A stretch of DNA of 44,462 nucleotides from Desulfobacterales bacterium. Lineage in GTDB: Bacteria > Desulfobacterota > Desulfobacteria > Desulfobacterales > JAHEIW01. Shown one piece after another: positions 1 through 8,435 of this stretch. A program made the position numbers and the translations under genes. The notes beneath the pieces were generated by a model, which saw only the letters and a program-made list of their open reading frames with translations, was not told the origin of the DNA and did no database searches. Position 1 is the stretch's first letter, and each line of letters opens with the position of its first letter. Location: assembly GCA_050122795.1 (NCBI GenBank), contig JASFIG010000002.1, positions 1 through 44,462 of the forward strand, read 5' to 3'.

Positions 1-139
1 GAATCGATGCATCGACGGCCATGGAATCAGCGCTTTCGCCCAGTCCGGTACCGGTCAGATAACCGATATGCGGTGCAACCTGCGTTTTGCTTTTGATATA
101 AGCGATTGTCTCCGCCAGCTGCTGCTTCATATTTTGCAT
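1..139 (-). CDS. purine nucleoside phosphorylase family protein, N-terminal fragment (gene runs off the window start)
   Basis: Hand translation of the reverse strand from ATG at 139 gives MQNMKQQLAETIAYIKSKTQVAPHIGYLTGTGLGESADSMAVDASI. This fits the N-terminal helix plus G-(S/T)-G-L-G loop pattern of PunA/MTAP-type phosphorylases. It is absent from the ORF track because it is truncated. Confidence 0.55.
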   Translation of the reverse strand, partial: MQNMKQQLAETIAYIKSKTQVAPHIGYLTGTGLGESADSMAVDASI

Positions 140-407
140 GATCGTCCCTTTCCCGGCGTATGTGCCTAAAAAAATCACTAAAGGCGCTATTTTAGTGCAG
201 CAAATTGATGCCGTCAAGCCAACAGATTTGAAGGTTAAAAGCAAGGTGTTCTCATTGACTTTTTTATATCATTGTGACATACAAAATCCTTTAATTGCTG
301 ATCCTGCCTCGGATCTTTATTTGTATCGGCTGACCCGTCCATACGATTGTTAACGATTTGGCTCAAACGCACTGTTTTGCACGCGAGCAAATGAGGGAGA
401 TAGTCCA

Positions 408-902
408 ATGCCACCTGATGTTCGTCCCGAACACTCTGATATTACTGATGAAATGTGGTCCCACATTGATGCCATTATCACCAGCAACAGAGGTAAACCG
501 GGTTCGATTATAGGCGTTTTACGTGAATGTCAGGATATCGTCGGCTGGCTGCCGGTTGAATTGATAGATTACATCAGCGACGGGCTTAATCTTTCCCGCA
601 GTGAGGTTTTCGGTATCACCACCTTTTATTCTCTTTTTTCCCTGACGCCTAAAGGCCGACACCTGATCAAAGCATGCATGGGCACCGCCTGCTATGTGAA
701 AGGAATTAAGGAAGTGATGAGCCGGATCGGTAATGAATACCAGCTTAAAGAAGGCGGCACCACCGAAGATCGGCGTTTTTCGCTGGAAGCCGTGCGATGT
801 TTAGGCGCTTGCGGGCTGGCGCCGGTTGTAGTGGTTGATAAGGATACCTACGGTGATGTGAAAGCCGACAAAGTCTTAGAAGTGTTAAAAAAATACGATT
901 AA
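408..902 (+). CDS. NuoE/HoxE-like [2Fe-2S] thioredoxin-fold subunit of a soluble NADH-dependent oxidoreductase
   Basis: 164 aa. CMGTACYVKG ... RCLGACGLAPVVVV is the four-Cys pattern of the 24-kDa NuoE family. GAGGGAG SD lies 8 nt upstream of the ATG. Confidence 0.85.
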   Translation: MPPDVRPEHSDITDEMWSHIDAIITSNRGKPGSIIGVLRECQDIVGWLPVELIDYISDGLNLSRSEVFGITTFYSLFSLTPKGRHLIKACMGTACYVKGIKEVMSRIGNEYQLKEGGTTEDRRFSLEAVRCLGACGLAPVVVVDKDTYGDVKADKVLEVLKKYD

Positions 903-919
903 CCGGCAGTGTAGAGCTG

Positions 920-1273
920 ATGAAAATATCCGAAATTCAAAATATTCTGGATGCCACCATCCTGACGGGCAAAGACCAACTGGATCGCAACGTCGTCGGT
1001 GCGGGTGGCGCCGATTTAATGGCAGATGTATTATCAGCGGTTACCAAAGACGCGGCGCTGCTCACCGGCCTGACCACCGAGCAGGTTTTACGAACCGCCA
1101 AGATTGCCGAGGTAGCGGTCGTGGTCTTTGTCAGGGGTAAAAAACCCGACACACCGATCATCGAACTGGCCAAATTTTATGAGTTACCCGTTTTGTTGAC
1201 CAAATATTCCCTGTTTGTTGCCAGCGGCCGATTGTATGTCAACGGGCTACGGGGACTGGATGGTTCGTGGTAA
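920..1273 (+). CDS. DRTGG-domain protein
   Basis: 117 aa. VVGAGGADLMADVL ... LLTGLTTEQVLRTAKIAEVAVVVFVRGKKP resembles the small DRTGG modules often inserted between nuoE-like and nuoF-like genes of Hnd/Hyd-type clusters. Called from memory of the family, not searched. Confidence 0.55.
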   Translation: MKISEIQNILDATILTGKDQLDRNVVGAGGADLMADVLSAVTKDAALLTGLTTEQVLRTAKIAEVAVVVFVRGKKPDTPIIELAKFYELPVLLTKYSLFVASGRLYVNGLRGLDGSW

Positions 1274-1316
1274 GAAGGAGAATTGAGAATTCAATGATCA
1301 CTAGCGGGAGTCCGGC

Positions 1317-3104
1317 ATGAATAAAGTCAGATCTCAGTTGATGCTATGCGGCGGAACAGGCTGTCATGCCTATGAGAGTGGTGCTCTCCAGGCAGCACTC
1401 CAAAAAGAGCTGGAACGTCAGGGGCTTGCAGACGAAATTAAGATTATTGAGACCGGTTGCAATGGTTTTTGCGCGGTCGGACCGGTTATGCTGGTGCAGC
1501 CTGAAGGCATTTTCTACCAAAAATTGAAGATTAAAGATATTCCGCATCTGGTCGAAGAGCATTTTCTCAAAGGCCGGCCGGTCAAAAAGCTGTTTTATGT
1601 GGAACCCGCATCAAAAGAAACCATTCCCAGTATGAAGGAAATCCCTTTTTTTGAGCATCAGATGTTCTGGGCGATGCGCAACAAAGGCGCCATTGATCCG
1701 GAGGTCATCGACGAGTACATTGCCCGCGACGGCTATTTTGGTGCCGCAAAAGCGCTGCAGGAGATGCAGCGCGATGACATCATCGCCGAGGTAAAGAAAT
1801 CGGGTCTCAGGGGCCGCGGCGGAGCCGGTTTCCCCACCGGGCTCAAATGGGAGTTTGCCAGCAAAAGCGATAGCGATGTCAAATACGTGCTGTGCAATGC
1901 AGACGAAGGCGACCCGGGGGCGTTCATGGATCGCAGCATACTGGAATCCGATCCACATGCCGTGTTGGAAGGCATGCTGATTGCAGCCCGGGCGATCAAT
2001 GCGCATCAAGGGTACATCTACGCGCGTACGGAATATCCATTGGCCATCCGGCGGCTGGGTATTGCCATCGAGCAGGCCCGGGAATACGGATTGCTGGGCA
2101 CTGATATCCTGGGATCCGGTTTTGACTTCGACATCGAAATCTACCAGGGCGCCGGCGCCTTCGTCTGCGGCGAAGAAACCGCTCTGATGCGCTCAATCGA
2201 GGGCAAACGCGGGATGCCGCGACCCCGTCCGCCGTTTCCGGCGCTAAAAGGCCTATGGGAAAAGCCCACCATATTAAACAACGTTGAAACCCTGGCCAAT
2301 ATCGCGCAGATCATCATCAACGGCGGAGATTGGTATGCCAGTGTCGGCACGGAAAGCAGCAAGGGAACCAAGGTGTTTGCGCTCTCCGGCGATGTCAATA
2401 ACATCGGTCTGGTTGAAGTGCCCATGGGCACAACACTCAGGACAATGATTTATGATATCGGCGGCGGGGTGCCCGACAAGAAGAAATTTAAAGCCGTGCA
2501 GTTGGGCGGTCCCTCCGGCGGGTGCGTGCCCGAGCAATATCTGGATATCCCCATTGACTATGAGGAGATTGCCAAAGTCGGTGCTATTATGGGTTCGGGC
2601 GGTGCGATTGTAATGGATGAAAATACCTGTATGGTTGATATGGCGCGCTTTTTTATGGATTTCGTGCAGGATGAATCCTGTGGAAAATGCACCCCCTGTC
2701 GTGAAGGCACGCGGCGTTTATTGCAACTTCTGGAAAAAATCTGTGAAGGACACGGGGCCCCTGAGGATATCGCCACCATGGAGGAACTCTCCGACACGAT
2801 CAAAGAAGCGGCTCTTTGCGGTTTGGGTCAAACGGGACCCAATCCGGTTCTTTCGACATTGAGATATTTCAAAGATGAATACGAGGCGCATGTCCTTGAG
2901 AAACGATGTCCGGCCAAACGCTGTGTGGCGCTGTTGAAATTTGAGGTGCAACCGGAACTTTGCACCAAATGCGGCATGTGTTTTCGAGCTTGCCCGGTGG
3001 AAGCCATTGCCTGGAAAAAGAAAGAAGTTGCGATTATCGACAAGGAAAAATGCATCAAATGCATGACCTGCTATGATAAGTGCAAGTTTGATGCAATTGA
3101 TTAA
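1317..3104 (+). CDS. NuoF-like FMN/NAD(H)-binding flavoprotein subunit with N-terminal 2Fe-2S thioredoxin-like domain and C-terminal 2x[4Fe-4S] ferredoxin domain (HydB/HndC/StnB type)
   Basis: 595 aa. GLRGRGGAGFPTGLKW is the FMN site, ESCGKCTPCREG is the N3 cluster motif, and CTKCGMCFRACP plus CIKCMTCYDKC form the C-terminal dicluster. GGGAG SD. Confidence 0.9.
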   Translation: MNKVRSQLMLCGGTGCHAYESGALQAALQKELERQGLADEIKIIETGCNGFCAVGPVMLVQPEGIFYQKLKIKDIPHLVEEHFLKGRPVKKLFYVEPASKETIPSMKEIPFFEHQMFWAMRNKGAIDPEVIDEYIARDGYFGAAKALQEMQRDDIIAEVKKSGLRGRGGAGFPTGLKWEFASKSDSDVKYVLCNADEGDPGAFMDRSILESDPHAVLEGMLIAARAINAHQGYIYARTEYPLAIRRLGIAIEQAREYGLLGTDILGSGFDFDIEIYQGAGAFVCGEETALMRSIEGKRGMPRPRPPFPALKGLWEKPTILNNVETLANIAQIIINGGDWYASVGTESSKGTKVFALSGDVNNIGLVEVPMGTTLRTMIYDIGGGVPDKKKFKAVQLGGPSGGCVPEQYLDIPIDYEEIAKVGAIMGSGGAIVMDENTCMVDMARFFMDFVQDESCGKCTPCREGTRRLLQLLEKICEGHGAPEDIATMEELSDTIKEAALCGLGQTGPNPVLSTLRYFKDEYEAHVLEKRCPAKRCVALLKFEVQPELCTKCGMCFRACPVEAIAWKKKEVAIIDKEKCIKCMTCYDKCKFDAID

Positions 3105-3145
3105 TAAAATGAAAATGGATAAACAATAACTGGATAATGATTTCT

Positions 3146-3221
3146 ACCACGAAAGCCCGACAGATTAAAAACACGAAAAAATAAAAATTTTGTGCTTTTT
3201 CAAATTTCGTGTTTTCGTGAT
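3146..3221. repeat. imperfect inverted repeat built on the word CACGAAA / TTTCGTG (weak member of the heptamer-hairpin family)
   Basis: CACGAAA (3148-3154) and ACACGAAA (3171-3178) face TTTCGTGTTTTCGTG (3206-3220), between the nuoF-like and rnfB-like genes. Periodicity is less regular than at the other loci. Confidence 0.35.
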
Positions 3222-3287
3222 GAATAGAAAAGTTTCATACATTCGGCTCAAAACCAATTATTTCTAATTTGATCTGAGGTGTTTTAA

Positions 3288-5390
3288 ATGGTTGATGCAA
3301 TCATCTTAATGGGCGGTATGGGATTGGCCATCAGCATCATTTTAGCCATCGCATCCAAGGTTTTCTACGTCTATGTTGACCCCAAGATTTTGTCGATTGA
3401 AGAAGAATTGCCCGGTGCCAATTGAGGTGGTTGCGGGCTGCCGGGCTGCAGCGCGAACGCAGAGGCCATCGTTGCCGGCACAGCGGCACCCAATTCTTGT
3501 GTGGCCGCCGGTGAAGAAGTGGCCGAAGCCATTGCCGCTATTATGGGCGTTAAGATCGAAGCTGTTGAACCGGACATCGCCCTGCCGGGCTGTTATTTTG
3601 GGATCGAGGATGCGGATACGAAATATGTGTATAATGGTCTAGATGATTGCCGCGCAGTGGCATTGCTCGGCGGCGGCATGAAAGTGTGTACCATCGGCTG
3701 CCTGGGCCTGGGGACGTGTGTCAGGGCCTGTCCCTTTGATGCCATCCGCATGGGCCCCAAAGGCCTGCCGGTCGTTATCGAACAAAGATGCACTGGCTGC
3801 GGAACCTGCGAACGGGTGTGTCCCAAACACATAATTAACCTTTCATCCATTACGCGCAGGATTATCCGGGAATATACCATGGATGAATGCACGACACCCT
3901 GCCAGCGTGGGTGCCCGGCCGGCATTAATATTCGGGAATACATCCATCAAATTTCAATTGGCGATCATCACCGCGCCGTCCAGGTCATCAAAGAACGCAA
4001 TCCCTTTCCAGCTGTGATTGGCCGAATTTGTCCGCGGCCCTGTGAGCTGGAGTGCCGACGAAATTATATTGATGAGCCGGTGGCCATCAATTATCTAAAG
4101 CGATATGCAGCTGACTATGAAAAGCAAAGCGGCAAGCGCATCCTGCCATACAAGGCGCCGGATACCGGCCGTAAAATAGCGGTTGTCGGTGGCGGTGTGG
4201 AAGGATTGTCGGTTGCATTTTTTACAGCACGCCTTGGACACGATGCGACGGTATTTGAGGCCACCGCAAAACTGGGTGGGCTGCTCAGAAGCGCTATATC
4301 AAAAGATCGATTACCCGAGGAAATACTGGATTGGGATATTGAAGGCATTGTTGAAATGGGCGTTAACGTCGAAACCCAAAAGGCTTTAGGTCGTGATTTC
4401 TCTCTAAAGTCACTGATTCAAGAAGGGTATGACGCGGTCTTTTTAGCCGCCGGCGGCTGGGACAGCCGTCTGGCACGTGGGGCAACAGATGTTATTGAAT
4501 CGCCGATTCCGGGCACTTATATGCTGGTTGACCTGCTGCGATTTGGCGCCGAGCAGTCAGAGGCGCTCACAATTGATTCTGACGTTGTGATTGCCGGCGG
4601 GGGAAAATTGGCGCTTGATGCCGCTAAAGTTTGCAAGGAAAGGGGCGCAACGTGCGTCACCGTTTTATTTCGCGAGAGTTGGGAACACAGCCCCATTTCA
4701 GACGCAGAGTTGGAAAAACGCGGTATGACCGATCTTAACCTTATTTACAATTCGGCGATTCATCGCCTGATCGGAGAAGCTGACCAGCTCAAACAGGTTG
4801 AATATATTGAAGCCGACACCGCAGAAGTGACGCGTATAGCGGCTCAGACGTTGATATTTGCCGCCGGCCGGTTTCCCGAAATGGTTTTCACCCGGCCAAC
4901 ACCGGAGGGTGATGAAGCGCAAGAAACCGATACAGTCGAATTACTACCGGATGTGTCTTTACACTGGGAAGGGACCCAACCTTATAAACAACCCGCCCTT
5001 AAAGATGAGGTCGGTCTGTTTGCAGAAGGTGACGTGCTGGCGGATTATAGCGCTGCCATTAAGGCCATCGGTGCGGGCCGTCGGGCGGCTGCTTCAATTC
5101 ATCAGATCATGCACGGTTTACCCCCTCAACTGACAGAGCATGTGATCACGCCGCAATCAACCCTGCAAAATGTGCATCATGTTGAAAAGGTGCAGGCCAG
5201 CCAGCGCCAGATCATGCCCATTTGCAGCGGCAAAGAACTGGCTCAATGCGGTGAAATTGAAAGAGGCTTTTCGGCCAGTATGGCTCAGCAAGAAGCGGAT
5301 CGGTGTCTTCAGTGCGGGTTGATCTGCTATGTGCACACCCAAATGGAGCCGGTTGATGAAAAAGCGGAACCAACCGAAGCTTCCGGGTAA
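3288..5390 (+). CDS. membrane-anchored RnfB-like Fe-S domain / 2x[4Fe-4S] ferredoxin / GltD (NfnB, StnC)-like NAD(P)H-FAD oxidoreductase fusion; predicted selenoprotein (TGA 3423-3425 read as Sec)
   Basis: ATG 3288 with GAGGTG SD. Hand translation gives MVDAIILMGGMGLAISIILAIASKVFYVYVDPKILSIEEELPGAN-TGA-GGCGLPGCSANAEAIVAG...NSCVAAGEEV, in frame with tracked ORF 3501..5390. It aligns with the RnfB/RsxB N-terminus (TM helix, then LPxxxCGxCGxPGC...C), with TGA at the first Cys. Downstream motifs are CTGCGTCERVCP, then GltD-like CPxxC/CP..CE.EC and KIAVVGGGVEGL. Confidence 0.8.
3434..3455 (+). promoter_or_regulatory. candidate SECIS-like hairpin downstream of UGA 3423
   Basis: GCTGC (3437-3441) pairs with GCAGC (3448-3452) around loop CGGGCT. 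Two more G-C pairs lie outside a mismatch. The hairpin starts about 9 nt after the UGA. Hand-folded only. Confidence 0.4.
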
Positions 5391-5466
5391 CATTCCTTCA
5401 TTCGACGCGTGCATTATTCAGGTATGTAGGTAGCGTCGTGCAAGCCATTTATAAAATATGATAAAT

Positions 5467-5689
5467 GGTGTCAGGTGTCAGTGGTCTGGTTCAAGGGTTC
5501 AGCGTTCACGGTTCAAAGGTTAAAAAGATAGTGAAAAAAGGTTAGATGTCAGAATATAGAGCAACAGTTTTAAATTGGAAACTTTAACTGAAACTTCGGA
5601 ACCGAGAACCCCTGAACCCTGAACTTCTGAACCCAGAACCCTGAACATTGACGACAGAGACCAGCAGCGATATGCTGAACCTTTGAACC
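5467..5689. repeat. heptamer-word inverted repeat (GGTGTCA/GGTTCAN x8 versus NCTGAAC-type x11), long imperfect hairpin
   Basis: Left arm 5467-5521 reads GGTGTCA GGTGTCA GTGGTCT GGTTCAA GGGTTCA GCGTTCA CGGTTCA AAGGTT. Right arm 5589-5668 is period-7 ...CCCTGAA CCCTGAA CTTCTGA ACCCAGA ACCCTGA... A terminal AACCTTTGAACC (5678-5689) is the exact complement of 5510-5521. Tracked ORFs 5520..5705 and 5584..5796 merely read through it. Confidence 0.85.
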
Positions 5690-5707
5690 ACATGAGCGAG
5701 GTCATTA

Positions 5708-6151
5708 GTGGCTACCGAACAGGGCATCGTCCTGCGGACAGATTCTGAAGCTGCCTGGGTCAAGACAACCCGGAGCAGCGCCTGCCAGGGATGCACGGCA
5801 AGAAATTCGTGTCATACCCTCAACAACAGTCAGGACATGGAAGTCAAGGCGATAAACATCGCCGGTGCCAGAGAAGGGGACCGGATTGTTTTAAGTTTTG
5901 AAACCCGCTCTCTATTGAAAGCTACATTTTTAATCTATGTTTTTCCCATTATATTTCTGGTTGTCGGTGCCGTCTTCGGGCACATGCTGGCCCCACTCAT
6001 CTCGATTCATCCGTCGGCTCTGCCAGTCCTGCTGGGATTTTCCTTCTTTTTCGCTGCGCTGCGTGTCATGAAAGCCCGGGCGAATAAAATGGCCGCGCAA
6101 AATGCCTACCAGCCAAAGATCACAAAAATCTTGGGAAGCGCCAACCATTAG
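5708..6151 (+). CDS. rseC: RseC/MucC-family (SoxR-reducing / Rnf-associated) membrane protein
   Basis: 147 aa with GTG start. The N-terminal soluble part has SACQGCTARNSC, followed by two hydrophobic helices, which is the typical RseC layout. Confidence 0.7.
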   Translation: MATEQGIVLRTDSEAAWVKTTRSSACQGCTARNSCHTLNNSQDMEVKAINIAGAREGDRIVLSFETRSLLKATFLIYVFPIIFLVVGAVFGHMLAPLISIHPSALPVLLGFSFFFAALRVMKARANKMAAQNAYQPKITKILGSANH

Positions 6152-6296
6152 CAGGCTAAAGTCAAAATGATCTTTGGTGCGTTCATCTTGAAAATGTGGA
6201 GGTATTGAGTGCTGAAGTGTAAGCGTGGAGACTGTTGATGGACGGTTTAAACGCCAGAGAGAGGCCCGCGGACCCTCTTCGCAGATCGGATTCACA

Positions 6297-6563
6297 TTAA
6301 TCTTGTTTTCTGGGAAAAAGATCTTCGATTTCAAATTCCCTGATTTTTTGAAGGCAATTTTCCAGTGCCGTTTCCTCGGTTTCACCGGTGCCCTGGAATT
6401 CCTGCCTGGCGACGATGTTCACCAAATTGGGCACGGCCACAAACTTTCCTGCCAGGTTTCCCGCCTTGGTTTCGTGCACATCGATATACATGAGTCTCTC
6501 GTTGCGAATCAGATTATACCGGGTCGTCTTTGTCAAAATATCATTTTCCTTCAATGACTGCAT
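6297..6563 (-). CDS. hypothetical small protein (possible HicB/UPF0150-like fold)
   Basis: 88 aa. AAGAGGA SD lies 7 nt upstream, and the gene starts 17 nt downstream of clpS. GKFVAVPNL...QGTGETEETALENCLQKI loosely resembles the G-x-(V/A)-x-(V/I)-P...G-x-T-x-E-E-A-L-x-N pattern of UPF0150 proteins. Confidence 0.5.
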   Translation of the reverse strand: MQSLKENDILTKTTRYNLIRNERLMYIDVHETKAGNLAGKFVAVPNLVNIVARQEFQGTGETEETALENCLQKIREFEIEDLFPRKQD

Positions 6564-6580
6564 GATAAATTCCTCTTATT

Positions 6581-6895
6581 TCATTCTTTTTCCATGCTGG
6601 TTTTGAGTGGGAATCCGTTTTCGCGCGAAATCTTTGTGACAAGGTTTATTTTTGTTTCGGCCATCTCGTAAGGATAAACGCCGCATACGCCGACACCGGT
6701 TCGATGAACCTGCCACATTAGACCTGTGGCCTCATCGATGGACTTATTAAAAACAGCAATCAGAATTTCGACTACGAATGCTTTGGTTGTGTAATCATCG
6801 TTGTGGAGCAGCACCTTATACATCGGCGGTTCGGTTGTTTTTTCATCAATTTCATCCAGAATGTCATCTTGATAATCTGGCTGTTTGGTGCCCAT
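6581..6895 (-). CDS. clpS: ATP-dependent Clp protease adaptor ClpS
   Basis: PPMYKVLLHNDDYTTKAFVVEIL...ATGLMWQVHRTGVGVCGVY is the ClpS core. The start is moved to the internal ATG (MGTKQPDY) because GGAGGA lies 8 nt upstream of it. Confidence 0.85.
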   Translation of the reverse strand: MGTKQPDYQDDILDEIDEKTTEPPMYKVLLHNDDYTTKAFVVEILIAVFNKSIDEATGLMWQVHRTGVGVCGVYPYEMAETKINLVTKISRENGFPLKTSMEKE

Positions 6896-7054
6896 TTTGA
6901 TTGTCCTCCATGAGGCATAACGCATATTACTCGTAAAACGTAAGGGCTGGCAAAAAGAAATCAAGTTAGGGGCCTTAAATTGTCAGGATGTTTGTTGAGA
7001 TAAAGCGGCGGACAACCTTCAGATCAGCATCTGGCGTAGTTTTTGGAAGATGAC

Positions 7055-7105
7055 AAAAGAAAAAGGCAGCCTATCAGCAACACGCATGCAGATAAGCTGC
7101 CTTTT
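7055..7105 (-). terminator. Rho-independent terminator of the HU gene
   Basis: AAAAGGCAGC (7061-7070) pairs with GCTGCCTTTT (7096-7105). On the minus strand the stem is followed by TTTTTCTTTT. Confidence 0.75.
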
Positions 7106-7123
7106 AAAAATTACAAATCGATC

Positions 7124-7396
7124 TTAGATGGCAGCTTTTAAACCTTTGCCGGCCTTGAATTTAACAACATTTTTGGCTTTAATTTTAATGGGGGCACCGG
7201 TCTGGGGGTTGCGACCCTTACGTGCTTTCTGACGGGTTTTCTGAAATGTTCCAAAACCCACCAGAGTGACTTTGCCGTTCTTTTTCTTCAAAGCTTTGGT
7301 CACATTGCTCATGAAAGAATCAAGTACTTTGCCAGCGGCGACTTTTGAAACTTTGGCGTCCTTTGCCATTTTGTCGATCAATTCTGCCTTTGTCAT
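7124..7396 (-). CDS. hup: HU-family nucleoid-associated DNA-binding protein
   Basis: 90 aa. MTKAELIDKMAK...GFGTFQKTRQKARKGRNPQTGAPIKIKAKNVVKFKAG is the HU/IHF signature. AAGGAGG SD. Confidence 0.95.
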   Translation of the reverse strand: MTKAELIDKMAKDAKVSKVAAGKVLDSFMSNVTKALKKKNGKVTLVGFGTFQKTRQKARKGRNPQTGAPIKIKAKNVVKFKAGKGLKAAI

Positions 7397-7447
7397 TTCT
7401 GCCTCCTTCTTTTAGTTTTGGTTTTATTTTACGGTGTTTTTTGAAAA

Positions 7448-7476
7448 AGTTTACAGCAAAATATTTGGAAAGTCAA
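7448..7476 (-). promoter_or_regulatory. sigma-70-type promoter for the HU gene
   Basis: The minus strand reads TTGACT - 17 nt - TAAACT, about 50 nt upstream of the ATG. Confidence 0.5.
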
Positions 7477-7831
7477 CAAATAAAAGCCTATCTATATTGG
7501 TTTCACAAGGAGAAATCTTTTTAAATACCCATCATCACTTAGTTTGCCGGATGCACAAATTGAAAATTTCAAAGAGTTAACTTTTATGATCCATCTGAAT
7601 CCTGAAAAATGCACGCAGCCAGTTGCCTCTGCGAAGATAGCCACCTGACCAATTATCACTTTAAAAATACTGGATAATATGATAAAAATGTGTAACCATC
7701 GTATTTCATGTGAACTAGATAACGGCTTTTTTTAGGGGGAGCCGTTATTTAATAAGCAATGGGCTGCGCAAAGCGCTGACGCTCTAAAGTGCTGTCAGGC
7801 GGGCAATCAATTGTCTCCCGGGTTTGATTAG

Positions 7832-8308
7832 ATGAATGAAAAAGTCTATATAACCAGCAAACAAATGGCGACCTTTTCCTGTCCGCAATGCACGCGGACA
7901 AAAACCGTCGATGTTTCCCAATATGCGACCCTTGATAAAATGGTCAAGGTCAATGTCAAATGTCCATGCGGGCATGCGTACAAGGCCATTTTGGAAAAAA
8001 GAAAGCAATACCGTAAAGAGACAAACCTGCCGGGGACCTACATTCATTTTATCGACGGCCAACCCCAGAACAGAGGCCTGATGACGATTGAAGACATCTC
8101 CACCAAAGGGGTGAAGATTAAGTTGAATGTGAAACAAAACTTTGCCATCGGTGATCAGATGAAAGTTGAGTTTCATCTTGATGACGCCCAGCGCACATTG
8201 ATTAAAAAAACAGTCATCATCAGAAATCAGCGCGACCAGCATATCGGCGCTGAATTTGCGCCTTTTGAAACCGTAGACAAAGCATTGGGGTTTTACCTTT
8301 TCAGCTGA
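7832..8308 (+). CDS. PilZ-domain (c-di-GMP-binding) protein with N-terminal zinc-ribbon
   Basis: 158 aa. CPQC...CPCG form the Cys pairs. RKQYR (RxxxR) and DISTKG (DxSxxG) are the PilZ motifs. Antisense ORF 7784..8338 is a shadow. Confidence 0.75.
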   Translation: MNEKVYITSKQMATFSCPQCTRTKTVDVSQYATLDKMVKVNVKCPCGHAYKAILEKRKQYRKETNLPGTYIHFIDGQPQNRGLMTIEDISTKGVKIKLNVKQNFAIGDQMKVEFHLDDAQRTLIKKTVIIRNQRDQHIGAEFAPFETVDKALGFYLFS

Positions 8309-8435
8309 CAACTGAAGTTCGCGCAAGTTTTGGTGCAAGATTCACGTGATGGTAATCCGGCATACCTAAAAGCCTGCTTTAATATTTCGTTTTGCCCAGC
8401 TTATCGTCTTTGCTTCCCTTCAGGAATTTTTAGCG

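Noticed and set aside
138-353. ORF of 71 aa between the phosphorylase fragment and nuoE-like gene.
   Set aside because: It has no SD and an AT-rich, promoter-like sequence, and it overlaps the divergent start region. It is probably non-coding.
3423-3425. The three in-frame TGA codons (3423, 17877, 22405) as real stops, frameshifts or pseudogene lesions.
   Set aside because: Each falls exactly on a conserved Cys of a recognisable motif (RnfB CGxCG, HdrA NDCxMC, MvhD CCNWC). The frame is open on both sides with good SD/ATG upstream, and a hairpin follows each. Three independent nonsense lesions at Cys codons would be an implausible coincidence.
5520-5796. ORFs 5520..5705 and 5584..5796 (minus). 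Likewise 22216..22578, 22226..22465, 28628..28858, 28729..28932 and 34359..34580.
   Set aside because: Their open frames are created by the stop-poor heptamer arrays. The translations show the 7-aa periodicity of the repeats (for example GSEVQGSGVLGSEV).
7719-7752. Hairpin ATAACGGC-N14-GCCGTTAT upstream of the PilZ gene, considered as a possible orphan terminator or small RNA 3' end.
   Set aside because: It has a large loop, a poor T-run and no identifiable upstream transcription unit (the candidate 20-aa ORF at 7586 has no SD). The evidence is insufficient.
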